This document shows, in pieces, positions 11,516-23,534 of a stretch of 64,000 nucleotides of DNA. The stretch covers positions 28,924,293 to 28,988,292 of the forward strand of contig JAHRHZ010000019.1 in the NCBI GenBank assembly GCA_024137785.1. The letters run 5' to 3'. The position numbers and the translations under genes were made by a program. Within the stretch, counting starts at the first letter, position 1. Every line of letters begins with the position of its first letter. The notes beneath the pieces were generated by a model. The model saw nothing but the letters and a program-made list of their open reading frames with translations, ran no database searches and was not told where the DNA came from. Source of the stretch: Ginglymostoma cirratum. Taxonomy: Eukaryota.

Positions 11516-13328
11516 AAGCCCTTTGGATTTGATAGGATGGATTCTAGGATATGAAAAGAAGTAGTTATAGAGATAATGGATGCGATGGCAGCAATGGTAT
11601 GTGATCCAAGATGGCGGCAGAATAGGGCTCCTGAGCCGACTGCTTTTCTTTTTCTTTTTTTCAGTTTCTTTTCTATCTTACTTACCTCTTGAGCTTGGAT
11701 GGCATTGGAGGTGGACATTGAACAAGCCCAGTGCAGACCTTGAGTGAGCCTCGCGTGGAGGAGAGTAGTTCCAGCATGTGGAGGCAGCAGCAGCAGTGAT
11801 GGAGTCTGGCAGTGGGTGGGGCTCACGCGTGGAGACATGGTCAGCAATGGGCAACGATGGCGAAGGATGGCAGCAGTGGCGATGCGGTGATCAGGCAGAG
11901 CTTTCCTTACCCGGACAGATCTTAGCCCAGTTAAGATGGAAGCATGCCCAGCGTGGGGAAGAGTGAGCCCTCTTGGGGAAACCCTGCTTGGAGAATCTGC
12001 AAGCCCATGGCTCAAGAAAGGACTGTGATGTTTAACTTGTTAACTTTCTTTCTTTATTTTTCTGCTTTTATACTGAGAAGACTGCAATCCTGAACATTTT
12101 AACTCATTTCTTTATTTATTTACTTCTGGAACTAAGATTTTGAACCCAGGCACTTCATACCTAAAATGGTGCCATGTGTGATGATATATATACTTTTCAC
12201 TGTACTCTTGTACCCTGTACTTGAGTACATGTGATAATGAAACCCAAATATAAATTTAATCTAAACCTAATCTTCTAAGAATCATTACATTCTGGAACAG
12301 CCCCAAATTATTGGAAAACTGACAATGTGACACCTTTATTTAACAGGGAAAGAGATAAAAACAGGTAACTGTAGGCCAGTTAGCTCAACAATTACTTTTG
12401 GGAAAATGTTACAGAATACTACACAGGATGTAATGACAGACCACTTCGAAATACATATCATGATCAAGAGAATCAGCATAGCTTCATGAAAGGGAAATCA
12501 TGCCCGACAAATTTATTAGACTTCTTTGAGGAAGTGACAAGCAGTATAGGTAAAGAAGAAGCAGAGGGTGTAATATATTTGGATTTTGAGAAACTGTTTA
12601 GTAAGGTACCTTATGTTAGACTGCTTAATAAGTTAAGAGCCCATTGTGTTGGAGGTAGTACATCAACATGGACAGAGGATTGGCTAACTAATAGAAGACA
12701 GTTGGGATGAGGGGGGCATTTTGAGGAAGGCAACTAATAAATAGTGGAGTGCCACTGGAATCAGTATTGAAACCATACTTATTTATAATATATATGTTAT
12801 ATATATATATGTTAATGACTTGGATGAGGAAAATGAATGTACAATACTCGTGTTTGTGGATGAAACAAAAATAGAATAGAAAAGAATATCCTTTGGCAAG
12901 TAGTGAGAATGATAAATGGAGTCTACAGCGAGATCTAGACAGGTTAAGTGCATGGGCAAAAACTTATCAATTGGAACATAATGTGGGGAAAGGTGAGGTT
13001 ATACACTTTGGCAGGAATGATAGAGGACCTGAACTTTTTTTTAAGTGGAAAGAGACTTCAGAAAGCTACAGCAAAGAAGGATTTGGAAGTCCTCGTTCAT
13101 AAATCACTAAAAGCTAATACACAAGTTCAACAAGTGATAGGGAAGACAAATAGAATGTTGGTTTTATACAATAGGAAGGGGAATATAAAATAGGAAAGTC
13201 TATGCAGCAAAGTCAAGAAAGTGGAGTTGAGGATAATCGGATCAGCCATGATATCATTGAATGGAGAAGCAGACTTAATAGGCTGAAAAGTCTACTTCTC
13301 CTCTTACATCTTATAGTCTTGTGATCTT
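11516..13328 (+). mobile_element. CR1 LINE RT region plus tail, interrupted at 11596-12271
   Basis: MKGKSCPTNLLDFFEEVT, VIYLDFEKLFSKVP, LQRDLDRLSAWAK motifs with frameshifts and stops. Confidence 0.92.
11596..12271 (+). mobile_element. Non-coding retroposon with GC-rich head and Rex1/Babar-like tail
   Basis: Begins near ccaagatggcggc; ends cttttcactgtac...gtacatgtgataatgaaa plus a short-repeat tail; CR1 sequence continues on both sides. Confidence 0.65.
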
Positions 13329-13334
13329 AAAATT

Positions 13335-13540
13335 AAGAAAGTTATCCCTGGAATCCAGGCCATCTTAACCAACATGACAAAAACAGTTATTATGTTGTTG
13401 TTGGTCAGAGCTTGTCTTCTGATTGGCTGCTATGACCCTTCATAGCAATGTTACCCACATTTCACTAAATTGGCTGTAATGCACTTTGGAGCATTTTCTG
13501 GTCATGGAAGCGCTGAATGCAAAAGTAATCTTTTCCTTTC
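13335..13540 (+). mobile_element. SacSINE1-type DeuSINE, 3' half
   Basis: aaccaacatgacaaaaacag...attggctgtaatgcactttgg...tgcaaaagtaatctttt tail. Confidence 0.6.
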
Positions 13541-13724
13541 ATCACCGGCCAACCCGAATAGGATCTGTTCAAAATTTCTGGTGAGGATCCTGCTTTGGAA
13601 GGAAGCAGCCATGTAGAATGGGGTTTGCTGTTGGAACTGTGTCGTCATAGACATCATTGGAGTCATGAAGATCTAATGAATAGACAGGTGTAGGTTATTA
13701 TGTAGAAGCAAATAATCAGAACAG

Positions 13725-13975
13725 AGGGGCTGTTGTGGTACAGTGGTTGTATCCCTACCTCTGAGGCAGGAGCGTTGGATTCAACTCCCACTTGCTCTAA
13801 TAGTGTGTAATATTATTTCTGAATAGGTTAATTAGAAACTATCTAATCAGCACAGACTTGGAATCTTGTGGTAAAGAAGCAGTGTTCCTACTTCTGAGCT
13901 AGGAGGCCTGGGTTCAAGTCCCAACTGCTCCAGAGCTGTGTCGCAACATGTCTGAGCAGATTGATTAGGAAATAA
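13725..13975 (+). mobile_element. Two tandem ~125-bp short tRNA-derived SINE copies
   Basis: Both copies read tgtggta...cctac(c/t)tctgag...ttcaa(c/g)tccca...tgctc...tctga...attag. Confidence 0.65.
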
Positions 13976-15604
13976 CCAAAGAGAAGATTTGGCAGTTATT
14001 TTTTCTCTCTCCTGTTTTGTAATCAGAGTTTCTAGAGAAGCCCAGTTCATATGTCCCAAATCCCACTACAATTTGCTGATCAGATGTGAGATTAATGCAA
14101 CACACTTGCTATTCCTGTCCATTTAAGTATTTAAATGAAGCATGGCTTCAGCATAAGGTTCTCTGCATTTGTTTATTCCTTCCTTTTTGAGACTGCATTC
14201 AGGCAAACCATTCTCCATTGAGAGGTACTGATTTAACCAGTTGTAATTGATTACTTCTGTCACAACTTGCACACTTTGCTCCTGGGGCCTTGATTTTTCT
14301 TTTCCGTAAATGCCACTCCTGCCTGCTTAATTTGATGCTTTGGTGAAGCAGACAGTTGAATTAAAAGCGGAATATTAATTGGCTTATCTGAAGATTTGAG
14401 TGAGCACTTAGTGTTGCTGATACAGGGGAAAAAGATAAAACTCCTGTCGCCAACTGCCAGGAAGACAAGCTGAGGCTGGCCAGCTGCTGAGTCTCTTTCA
14501 GGAATCTGATAAGGGCCTTCATCTCTTTGCCTGGTTGTTTTCATTCTGCAATATATCTATCGGTCACTGGTTTGATTGTTGATAATGTATCACCGTGGTC
14601 TTGATGAGCTCTTATTTGCTTAACCTTAAATCACTTGTGAAAGCAAAGTCAAACTCTTTGAACTTCTTTTGCTTAATGACCATTTTGCAGTGGTTACATT
14701 TTACTGTGCTTAAACAAGTGCTGTTAAAATCTGTTCTCAAACATTCAAACAGATATTGAGCAATTTGAGTGTGATGAGATCAAGGTGATATTAAATGACC
14801 CAGGGCTGTCTTGATGTACCTTCACAGAATAAGTAATACATTACATGGAAATACCCTCATATGTCTTTAAAATCTCCTTGATTGCCTCTGGTTTTATTTA
14901 CAATTTAGTTTGATTGGTTTTATTACTCAGAGTGCTCTGCCAATGCTTTAATTCCTGCGCATATTCAATGTTCTCCTTGTGATTTTTGATGATGCAATTT
15001 GAATGTTTGACTCTGACTTGGAGCCTTGGACTGATCAAAACTAGACGCATCTCTCTTAGGTAATACAGGGAGTTTTAGACAACAGAAAGGATTTTTGTAA
15101 CGAACTTTTGAGGGTGAGAGAAGAGCTTTCCATGAAAATAGTAACCATTTTTTCTCTGATGCCTGCTGTTTTCTCTGCTCTCTGGACTGGCAAATGAGTG
15201 GGTCACACAAAAATCTCCCTGAATGACCTTCCTACCACACTACCGATGAAATGAAATATCATACAGCTACTTCACACAAACTAGTTTTATACCGTTACAC
15301 TCAACCACTCTAGGTTGTGGTCTTGAACTCCCTACTTTAACATTTTGCTTTTTAAGTGTTGTCTGTATAGGCTCAACACCATTACACATTCACCAACGAC
15401 TGGCAGTAGGAAGCAGTCTCCTCATGCGTTGTACCAGTGCCTCTCTTTAATGCAGCTGTTGGCAGAAGGTGGGTAATAATTGCTGTCATGACGAGGCCTT
15501 GTACATTTTCAATTTCCATCGCACCAACATGGGCCATGATCTCTCAGCACAGGCCTCAGCTCTGAGATTCTTTCCCGAAGTCTCACCACCTCGCTACCTT
15601 TCTG

Positions 15605-15975
15605 TCATAGAGTCATAGACATCTACATGACAGGAAAAGGCCCTTCTATCCATCGAGACTGTGCCAGTCAAAAACAAGCACCTAACATATCGAATCCCAT
15701 TTTCCAGCACCTGGTCAATAACCTACTGAGCCTTGGCATCGCAAGTACATATCTAAATGCTTCTTAAATGTTATGAGGGTTTCTGCCTCTACCAGCCTTA
15801 CAGGCAGTGAGTTCCAGATCCCCACCACCCTCTGAGTGAAAAACTTTTTCTTCACATCCCCTCTAAACCTAATGTCCCTTACCTTTAATCTATGTTACCT
15901 GGTCATTGATCCGTCTATCAAGGGGAAAGGTTATTTGTTGTCTACCCTATTTATGCCTCTTATATTTTATACATT
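15605..15975 (-). mobile_element. CR1 3' end fragment
   Basis: gtcatagagtcataga terminal repeat; accctctgagtgaaaaac is the reverse complement of the FFTQRVV motif. Confidence 0.85.
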
Positions 15976-16039
15976 TTAATGTGCCATTAAGACATTGCTG
16001 AAAAACTGACCAGGCTTTTGACCACGTGTTGTGAATTGT

Positions 16040-16287
16040 CAGATATTGAAACTTGCTCGCTGAGCTGGTGTGTTTGTTTGCAGATGTTTCGTCACCCTGG
16101 TAGGTAACATCGTCAGTGTGCCTCCGATGAAGTGTTGATGTTCTGTCCCGCTGGTTATTTATATGCCTCGGTTTGCTGGGTGGTTGGTATTACTTCCAGT
16201 TTTGTTCTTCAGTGGTTTGTAAATTGGATCCAGTTCAATGTGTTTGTTGATGGAGTGCCAGTTGGAATGCCAGGCCTCCAGGAATGA
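16040..16287 (-). mobile_element. PLE (Penelope/Poseidon-type) 3' end
   Basis: Minus strand encodes FLEAWHSNWHSINKHIELDPIYKPL (GIY-YIG C-terminus), followed by a hammerhead-bearing terminus. Confidence 0.85.
16083..16116 (-). ncRNA. Minimal type-I hammerhead ribozyme core
   Basis: CUGACGA-U-GUUACC[UACCAG]GGUGAC-GAAAC-AUC. Confidence 0.75.
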
Positions 16288-17819
16288 TGATTAACCTTTG
16301 TCAAAGTCACTTAGGATGTCTTTTGTGACTTTGGTAAGAACTGTTTGTGGCAGGGGAGGAAATCCAATTGGAAGAATGCAAACGTGGAGTTCTGGGAAAG
16401 ATGGGTACGGATTTGGGAGGTGACAACACATTCAAGCACACTGGAGAGGGAAAAAAGAGATCGGAGATGGCTTGGAAAATCCAGGTCTCTGTTGGAGACA
16501 TTTCTGGATGCACCATGAAAAGCTGTTGTATTTGGTGCAAAACCAACCTGTTTACCTGACTCTAACCATACTGTTGTTCAGTCAACCACTTGGAGGACTG
16601 CACACTGACTCATTTCTTTTCTTTTTTCTAACTGTGCAAAATGAATTTGCATCTACTTGGCATCTTCCCCTTGGCATAAGGCTGTGAACTTATTATGCCA
16701 GGAATTATAGGCAGGATCCCAATATTTGCCAACGCTATTTTCAAAGCCAACATAGTTTCAGGGTATCATTGAAACAAAATGAGTGAGCCTGATGTGGTCA
16801 TGTGACATTAAAGTTTTGCATGCAGTTCCTGGTTCTGTCTGAAGTTCCATCAGGCAACTTACATCCTCGCACAGAATAGTACCCACACATTCAAACTGAA
16901 ATTGTAATTTCATGCAAAGTTTATTTTGTGCCCAAGGCTGTTGCATTTATTTTTATAATTATTTTTTAATGTTGCTTAATGATGGTATCCATTACATTTG
17001 AAATTGCGCAGCTGGAACTTACGATGCCTCTCTAAAAAGTATAATAAGTTATCATTACTTAACACATGGTATTATATGTTAAGGTAGAACATATTCCATT
17101 TTAACTGTGTTTCAATTTATTGGATACTCATCGTTATCTATGCAAACAGGTAATCTACTGTACAGGCCGTCCTATGCTCCAATAAATACATGGAGGTGTG
17201 ATATTACCTAGAACTAGAATTAAACAAAGGTGGAGCCACCTGCAACAACCTCTAACAGAAAGTTGGGAAGATTATTATGGTGAAATTGTAATATTCTATT
17301 TTAAGAACGCACTATATTTATGAATAAATATTGGAAGAGTAATTTTTATGTTTTACACCTATTGATACAGTGATATATATCATGCACCACTGTTTCATAA
17401 AAAGGTACTGCATAGATCTTAAGCATGATTTCTTTGGTGATACATGGTTGTTTCTGTGCTTTCCCTCCCCAAGAAAGGGGACTGTTGTGGAGGTGGGGGT
17501 GCTGGGATATGAGGACATCGAAATTATATAGCTGCTAGAAAGGGCACAAGAGTCAAGATGTATCATTATCAAACACTCTTCCCCCAACTCCTCCATCCAT
17601 TCAAGCAGCACAGACAGCATTTCATCCTGTCTAATTGCAATGACCATTTCATGCCCCTAATGCTCATTGGCTATATGCATCAGTAGAATCACAATATTGT
17701 TATTTGCCAGTTGTATTTAAAGTTGTCCCGGAGGGAAATGAGTATTCTGGCTGCTGGAGCTGCCAATATCATTCAGAAAAGTGTTATACAGTGAAGAAAA
17801 AGAGGTTGACCACGGGAGA

Positions 17820-17937
17820 GTCAAAGATAGTAAGAACTGCTGATGCTGGAGTCGAGACAAGGGTCCCGACCAGAAACGTCAACTTTGCTACTCCCCTGAT
17901 GCTGCCTGACCTGCTGTGTTCCTCCAGCTCCACATTG
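17820..17937. mobile_element. 118-bp inverted PLE-terminus mini-element with a 13-bp TSD
   Basis: tgaccacgggaga at 17807-17819 and 17938-17950; the insert is a minus piece plus a plus piece of the PLE terminus. Confidence 0.85.
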
Positions 17938-18574
17938 TGACCACGGGAGAAGGTTTTGAGATCAGGCAATGGCCACCAGTGGCATCATGTTGTATGATGA
18001 ATTCTCCTGCTGCTGTTCATGTTGTATGCGTTGTACTCTTGGTCATCATTTAGTTTGGCTTGTACAGAGTTTAATTTATATAATGTAGTGTGGGGAAAGC
18101 CTCTAGTATCAAATGAGAAAAGGCATTTGTAGTTTATTTCATAATAACAATCAAGTACAAGTTACATTGGTATGATTGACATTGTTACTAAGACTTTGAG
18201 GAGACCTAAATGGAAGGTCAATATTCTTTGAGAACTAGGTCTCTTCTCCCACCCATAAATCTTATGACATCATCACTTTGGTTAAACTCGATACATTAAC
18301 CCTTTCAGAATCAAGCACCTTGTACAGCAGACTACTCAAGCAAAAACATTTCCCATTGTCCCACAAGGGATCTTGGTGAAGGAGGTGGAAGGCCTATTGA
18401 AACATCCATATCTGACAACAATTCATTTTTGCTGAGGGCTTATCAATGTCCATTAAATCTGAATTTTAAGGGATTGATTTTATCTGAACACCATCAATAA
18501 ATGATCAAAAACTATTCTAACTTTGAAGAATGAAGTTAGGTCAAACTCTGTGAATTTGGTTTTGGCTAGTATGT

Positions 18575-19480
18575 CGCAGAATCAAAGAAGTCTTAAGGCA
18601 CACAGGAGGTTATTTGTCCCATTGTGCTTGCACCAGCTCTTTGAAGAGAGCATCATTATTTTAAGCAAATCTGCTTTTCTTCTCTGTATCCTCAAACATT
18701 ATTTCATCCAAATAATTGTCCAATCCCCTCTTGAATGGCTCAAGTGCCTCCACTATATTTCCAGGCAATGTATTTCACACCATAACCATTTGTTGAGTGT
18801 AAAAAGCTTTTCTTTCCATCCTTGCTTCTTTTGCAAATCACTTTAAATATATGCCCTCTCATTCTTGTTCATTTTACAAGCAGGAATAGTTTCTCCCTTT
18901 CTACTGTATCCATGATTTTGAAAACTCTTCTCTCCGAGGACAGCAGTCCCAGCTTCTCCAATCTATGCTCATAACAGAATCATTCTTGTAAACTGCTTCT
19001 GTACTCTCTGCAATGCATTCACATCCTTCCTGTAATGTGGTGCAGAGAGCTCAACACACAGTACACAATAGTCCAAATGAGGTCTGACAAGTATCTTATA
19101 CAAGTTCAGTATTGCCTCCTAGCTCTTATAATCTTTCCTTTATTAATAAAGCTGAATTTTTTGTTTGCTTTACTTACTGTTCTCTACACCTGTCCTATCA
19201 TCTTCAATCATCAGTACGCATATATACCCAGGTCCATCTACTCCTGCACTCCATTTAGAGCTGTGTCCTCCATTTTTTGTTGTCTTTCAATACCTTCTTA
19301 CCAAAATACATCACCTCATACTTCTCTCTTTGAACCTCATCTGCCTAATCCATCAAATTGTCTATGTCCTTTTTGAGTTCCACACTATCCTCCTAAGTTT
19401 ACAAATTCGTCCAAGTTTTGTATCATGTGCAAACATTGAAATTGTCCCCTGTACACCAAGATTTGCATCATTAATATACA
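18575..19480 (-). mobile_element. Decayed CR1 LINE 3' portion
   Basis: Reverse complement of ERVQKQFTRM, FAHDTKLG and tail motifs. Confidence 0.8.
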
Positions 19481-19593
19481 TCTTAATTGTTTCAGTGTGA
19501 GTTTTCAGAGCTTGCAGGTCTGCGTGATAAGTATGGGGTAAGAATACACTAGAACAGTCATGTCAACATTCACTGTACTTTGACAGTAACTCA

Positions 19594-20103
19594 GGGGAAT
19601 GGATTTTACCATACCGTTGTCTATGTGTTGGGAGACAGCGGTGCTGTAAAATGACACAGGAAGGCAGGGGGAAGAGTGCCCATTGCCTTCTCACCACCAT
19701 ACCATTTTGCAGTAGCTGCATCCACAAGCCACTTAAGTGACTCGTGACCAATTAATGGCTAGTTCCTACCACTGCTAGCATTTAATCAGCAGCGAGTAAA
19801 CTCTTAGAGGGAGATTGACAAGTAAACCCTGGTGGTGTCTCAATGGACTTAGGCCTGGTACTGTCCAGTCTCTTTAGCCCGTGGAGGAGTCTCACTTCTG
19901 CACCTGGTAGCACAAGTGAGACTGCTAAGCTGCTGGCCTTTCAACTGACCTACAGCTCTTGGGTTGGGTGACTATCCTTAACAGAGTGGCAGCCTCGATA
20001 ACAACTAATTAGTTAACTGCCCACTGCCCTCCAGTAAATTTACCATGGATTCTGCAGACAGCCTGCTGATGAAACCCTTGACATAAAAATAGAATCCTGG
20101 CCA
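19594..20103. repeat. Unclassified repeat, possible non-autonomous DNA transposon
   Basis: GC-richer block bounded by weak inverted ends (tggattttac ... tagaatcctggcca). Confidence 0.3.
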
Positions 20104-21499
20104 GTGAATGCAATAATTTGAAATGTCAAACATGATATTGTGTTCTACCCATGCAAGTACCAATTTTTTAAACCTTTAACCTTCTTGCTTCTGGAGGGCA
20201 AAGCCCTTAAGCACACCACTCACATTCTCCACATGAATGCAGGATCATAGTTAATACATGAGCCTTTGCTCACAGAAGCTCTGTTTCCCTCTGTTGTAAC
20301 AGTTGCTGGCTATTTGGACAATTTAAACTTATGTCTTAATCTTGGGCAAACATTACAAATGACTTTATTTACAGAGCACAACTCAAATAAGCGCTTATTT
20401 GTGGCTGGAAGAACCTTCCTACTAAGTTGCTCAGGGTTGTGTCAGCTTGCGGAAAAAAGTACTATTCTCCTGGATTCTCCCATGCCATTTCATACCAGTT
20501 CAAACTAATTCTATCAGATCGGAACAATGTGGAGGGTGGGCAAAATTTTACTAGATGTGAATGGTTCACTGGCTAATCGGTCCCATTGTCTAAATATGCA
20601 TAATAATGTTTTTAATAAAAAAAACTTTCAGTTTCTGTGATGTTGTAATGTTGATGTTGTAATCTTTCTGTTATACAAATATTTGATGTTGGTTTGATAT
20701 ATTAAAGATTCTTTTTGGTACATGACATGTCATAACTTGTACTATAAAATACACATTACATTCTTATTTGCTAGTCAAGTATAACTTATGCTAATGCTTA
20801 TGAAAATATTATTGTATACAATTCTCCTGATTATTTAGCTACCATCGCTGGAGCAGGTTTACAAAACAAGATGACTATCTAGTTCTTGGTGCACTGTCAG
20901 GTTTGCCGACCTCTCAGTGGTTGGTTGTTAGTATTGTTAGTATTTTGACTGTTTTTATTACATAATATCTTCATTGTCTATATGTTGTTAAATACTGAAG
21001 AACTTCACAGATTCTCTTGCCAAAAATACATGACTCTGGATACGAATGATTCCACCCAGGTTTTTGCCTATAGGAACACTCAATATGATGTTTTAAGATC
21101 TGGACATCATGTCCTCATCATGGCCATAAATGCATTTGAGTACTAACTGGTTTGTCTAATTTGAAGAGGTACTTGATCTGATCAAATTCATACAAAATTT
21201 CAAAGCTGGCACTTGCAATTTCTTTTCAGTTAGTTTTATTTGCATTGACTCTGGATTGTCAGGGGTATCACGTTACTTTCTAGTTTCCACATTTACTTCC
21301 TTCCTTGCTAACCTCTTTATTTCCCTTATATTTGTCTCCCATTTTTAGCTTGATTCCAACTCCCTACCATTCTTAATCATTTGGAGATGTTGTTGACCTT
21401 GACAGCCATCTGACTGGTTGTTCTTGCCTTACAGGGAGGTAATTATTGTGATGCTGTCGGGTTTTTTGCAACAATTTTGATGAAGTGGAAATGCCTGCT

Positions 21500-21720
21500 A
21501 GGTAAGGCAAAGATCAACTACATTGTTGTGGGTCTGGAGTCACATGTAGATGAGAAAGGATATTAATGAATCAACAATGGCTTCACAGCCACCTTTACTG
21601 AGACCGGCTTTTAATTCTAGATTGATTGGCTCAATTAATGGTAGAATTTGAACCCATAATCCTAGAATATTAGCCTGGATTTTTTGGATTGCTGGCCCAG
21701 TGGTATTGTCTTTACGTCAC
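21500..21720 (-). mobile_element. tRNA SINE (same family as 5200-5530)
   Basis: cattgttgtgggtctggagtcacatgta...gaatttgaaccca. Confidence 0.7.
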
Positions 21721-21729
21721 TGTTTCCTA

Positions 21730-21885
21730 AGCAGCCTTCCTGCCAGCACTATGGTGTATATACACCACATGATTTGCAGCACAGTCAGAAAAGCTCGCTA
21801 CCAACTTATTTCTAGGGCAATTGGGGATTGGCAATACATGATGGTCTATCTAGAGATTACCACTCTGTGAAAGAATAAATAAATA
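21730..21885 (+). mobile_element. LINE family B 3' tail
   Basis: tagggcaattggggattggcaata...aagaataaataaa matches 31620-31690. Confidence 0.6.
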
Positions 21886-21889
21886 TAAC

Positions 21890-22405
21890 ATCATGGTCTG
21901 AGGTAGTTATGACAGCCTACAACAGTGAAACTACATTCTTCCTGGAAACTCTATGCTCACATTACTTCAAGTGGGGTCTAACTGCAGCACAATTTCTGCA
22001 TCTTCGTACTCCGGTTCTCTAAATATAAAGACCAGCATTCCATTTGTTTTCTTGATTATTTTTTGCACCTATTAGTGACATTTTAAAGATCTATGCACCT
22101 GAATCCCCCCAAAGTCATTTTGGAAATTCATTGTATTTAACTTCACACTATCTAGAATCTACCCTGACCTATCCTTTCTTAGTCCAAAATTGATAGCATC
22201 AAACTTGCATTCAACTCCACCTGCTACAGTTTTGTTCATTCACTTAGTCTGTCAATAGCCCTTTGTAATTTTATGCTATCATCAGAACTGTCTAAAATTC
22301 AGCCTAACTTTGTGTCATCAGCAAATTTTGATATACGACTTTCTATACCATTTATCCAAGTTGTTAAAAAATAATATGAATAATTAAGGCCCTAACAAAG
22401 ATCCT
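21890..22405 (-). mobile_element. CR1 RT fragment
   Basis: Reverse complement of ISKFADDTKL (aactttgtgtcatcagcaaatt). Confidence 0.75.
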
Positions 22406-22409
22406 TTTG

Positions 22410-23040
22410 ATGCGAATTGAGGAGTTGGAGTATGAACTGCAAACGTTGCAGCACACCAGAGGAGGGGAACGTCACCTGAACACTAGCTCTGAGACGTAGC
22501 CACTCTAGTTTGATTTGTGATCAGGGAAAGGAGGGCATGACTACAACTGTGGCAGGTATAGGGACCTAGAGATAATGTTCGAGGAGTACCAGCCCCTGCA
22601 ATTGTTCAACAGGTACAAGGTGCTTGCAGAGGGTGTGGACAAGAGTGGGCATTGCAGGGAGGATGAGTGAACTGATAGGACACTGTGGTATAGACAGCCA
22701 ATTAAGTTGTCCGCGGAAATTGGAGTAGTAATAGTAATGATAGAGGACAGTATAATTAGGATGATAGATGCTGTTCTTTAACACGTCAACATGAGTTCCA
22801 AAGGCTATGTTATCTGCCCAGTGCCAAGGATTAAGGACATTACTTCATGACTGGAGATGAACTTGAAACAGGAGAGTAGGGATCTAGTCAGCATCATTCA
22901 CGTTAGCACTAGACTGGAGGTTTTACTGAAAGAGTGTGAACAGTTAGGTACTAAATTCAAAAGGAGAACCTCTAAGGTAGTAATTTTGAGATTATACCTG
23001 AGCCACAGGTAAACTATCATAGCAAGAATAAAGTCAAGTA
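22410..23040 (+). mobile_element. CR1 ORF1 (SGNH esterase-type) remnant
   Basis: RIEELEYELQTLQH; VMIEDSIIR (GDS block); RLCYLPSA..KDI. Confidence 0.75.
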
Positions 23041-23240
23041 CAAGCTGCCAGAGGAAGTGGTTGTGGCGGGTACAATTAACATTTACAAGGCATTTGGACA
23101 GATACAGGAATAGGAAAGTTATAGAGAGATATGGACCAAACATAGGTAAATGGGACTAGTTCAGTTTGGGTAACCTATTTGGCGTGGATGAGTTAGGCCA
23201 AAGGACGTACTTCCATGCTGTATGATTCTATGACTCTCTT
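23041..23240 (+). mobile_element. CR1 3' tail
   Basis: agctgccagaggaagtggt...tgtatgattctatgactct. Confidence 0.85.
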
Positions 23241-23534
23241 TGCTGATTGTTTGCCACTAAAGTATCACTGCCCCATGTACTGTTGTTTTGAATGAGTCAA
23301 ATTCAAATAAATACGTGCGTTGCTAAACATAGTTCCAAATTACCAACTTCTTAAACACTTCTATTGTACAATATTCCTGATTAAGACACGAAGCTCAAAT
23401 ACACATCCTTGTTCCATACATTAGAAATCAATTGGTAGAGAGGCAGATTCCTTATGAAACATGAGATAAATATATATTTTATTAATTTCAAGGTCATGGA
23501 TGTCCTAGGTCCAATATGTCAAATGTGTGAACAT

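Noticed and set aside
11497-12015. 172-aa minus-strand ORF
   Set aside because: Crosses an insertion junction, GC-rich repeat sequence, no recognisable domain
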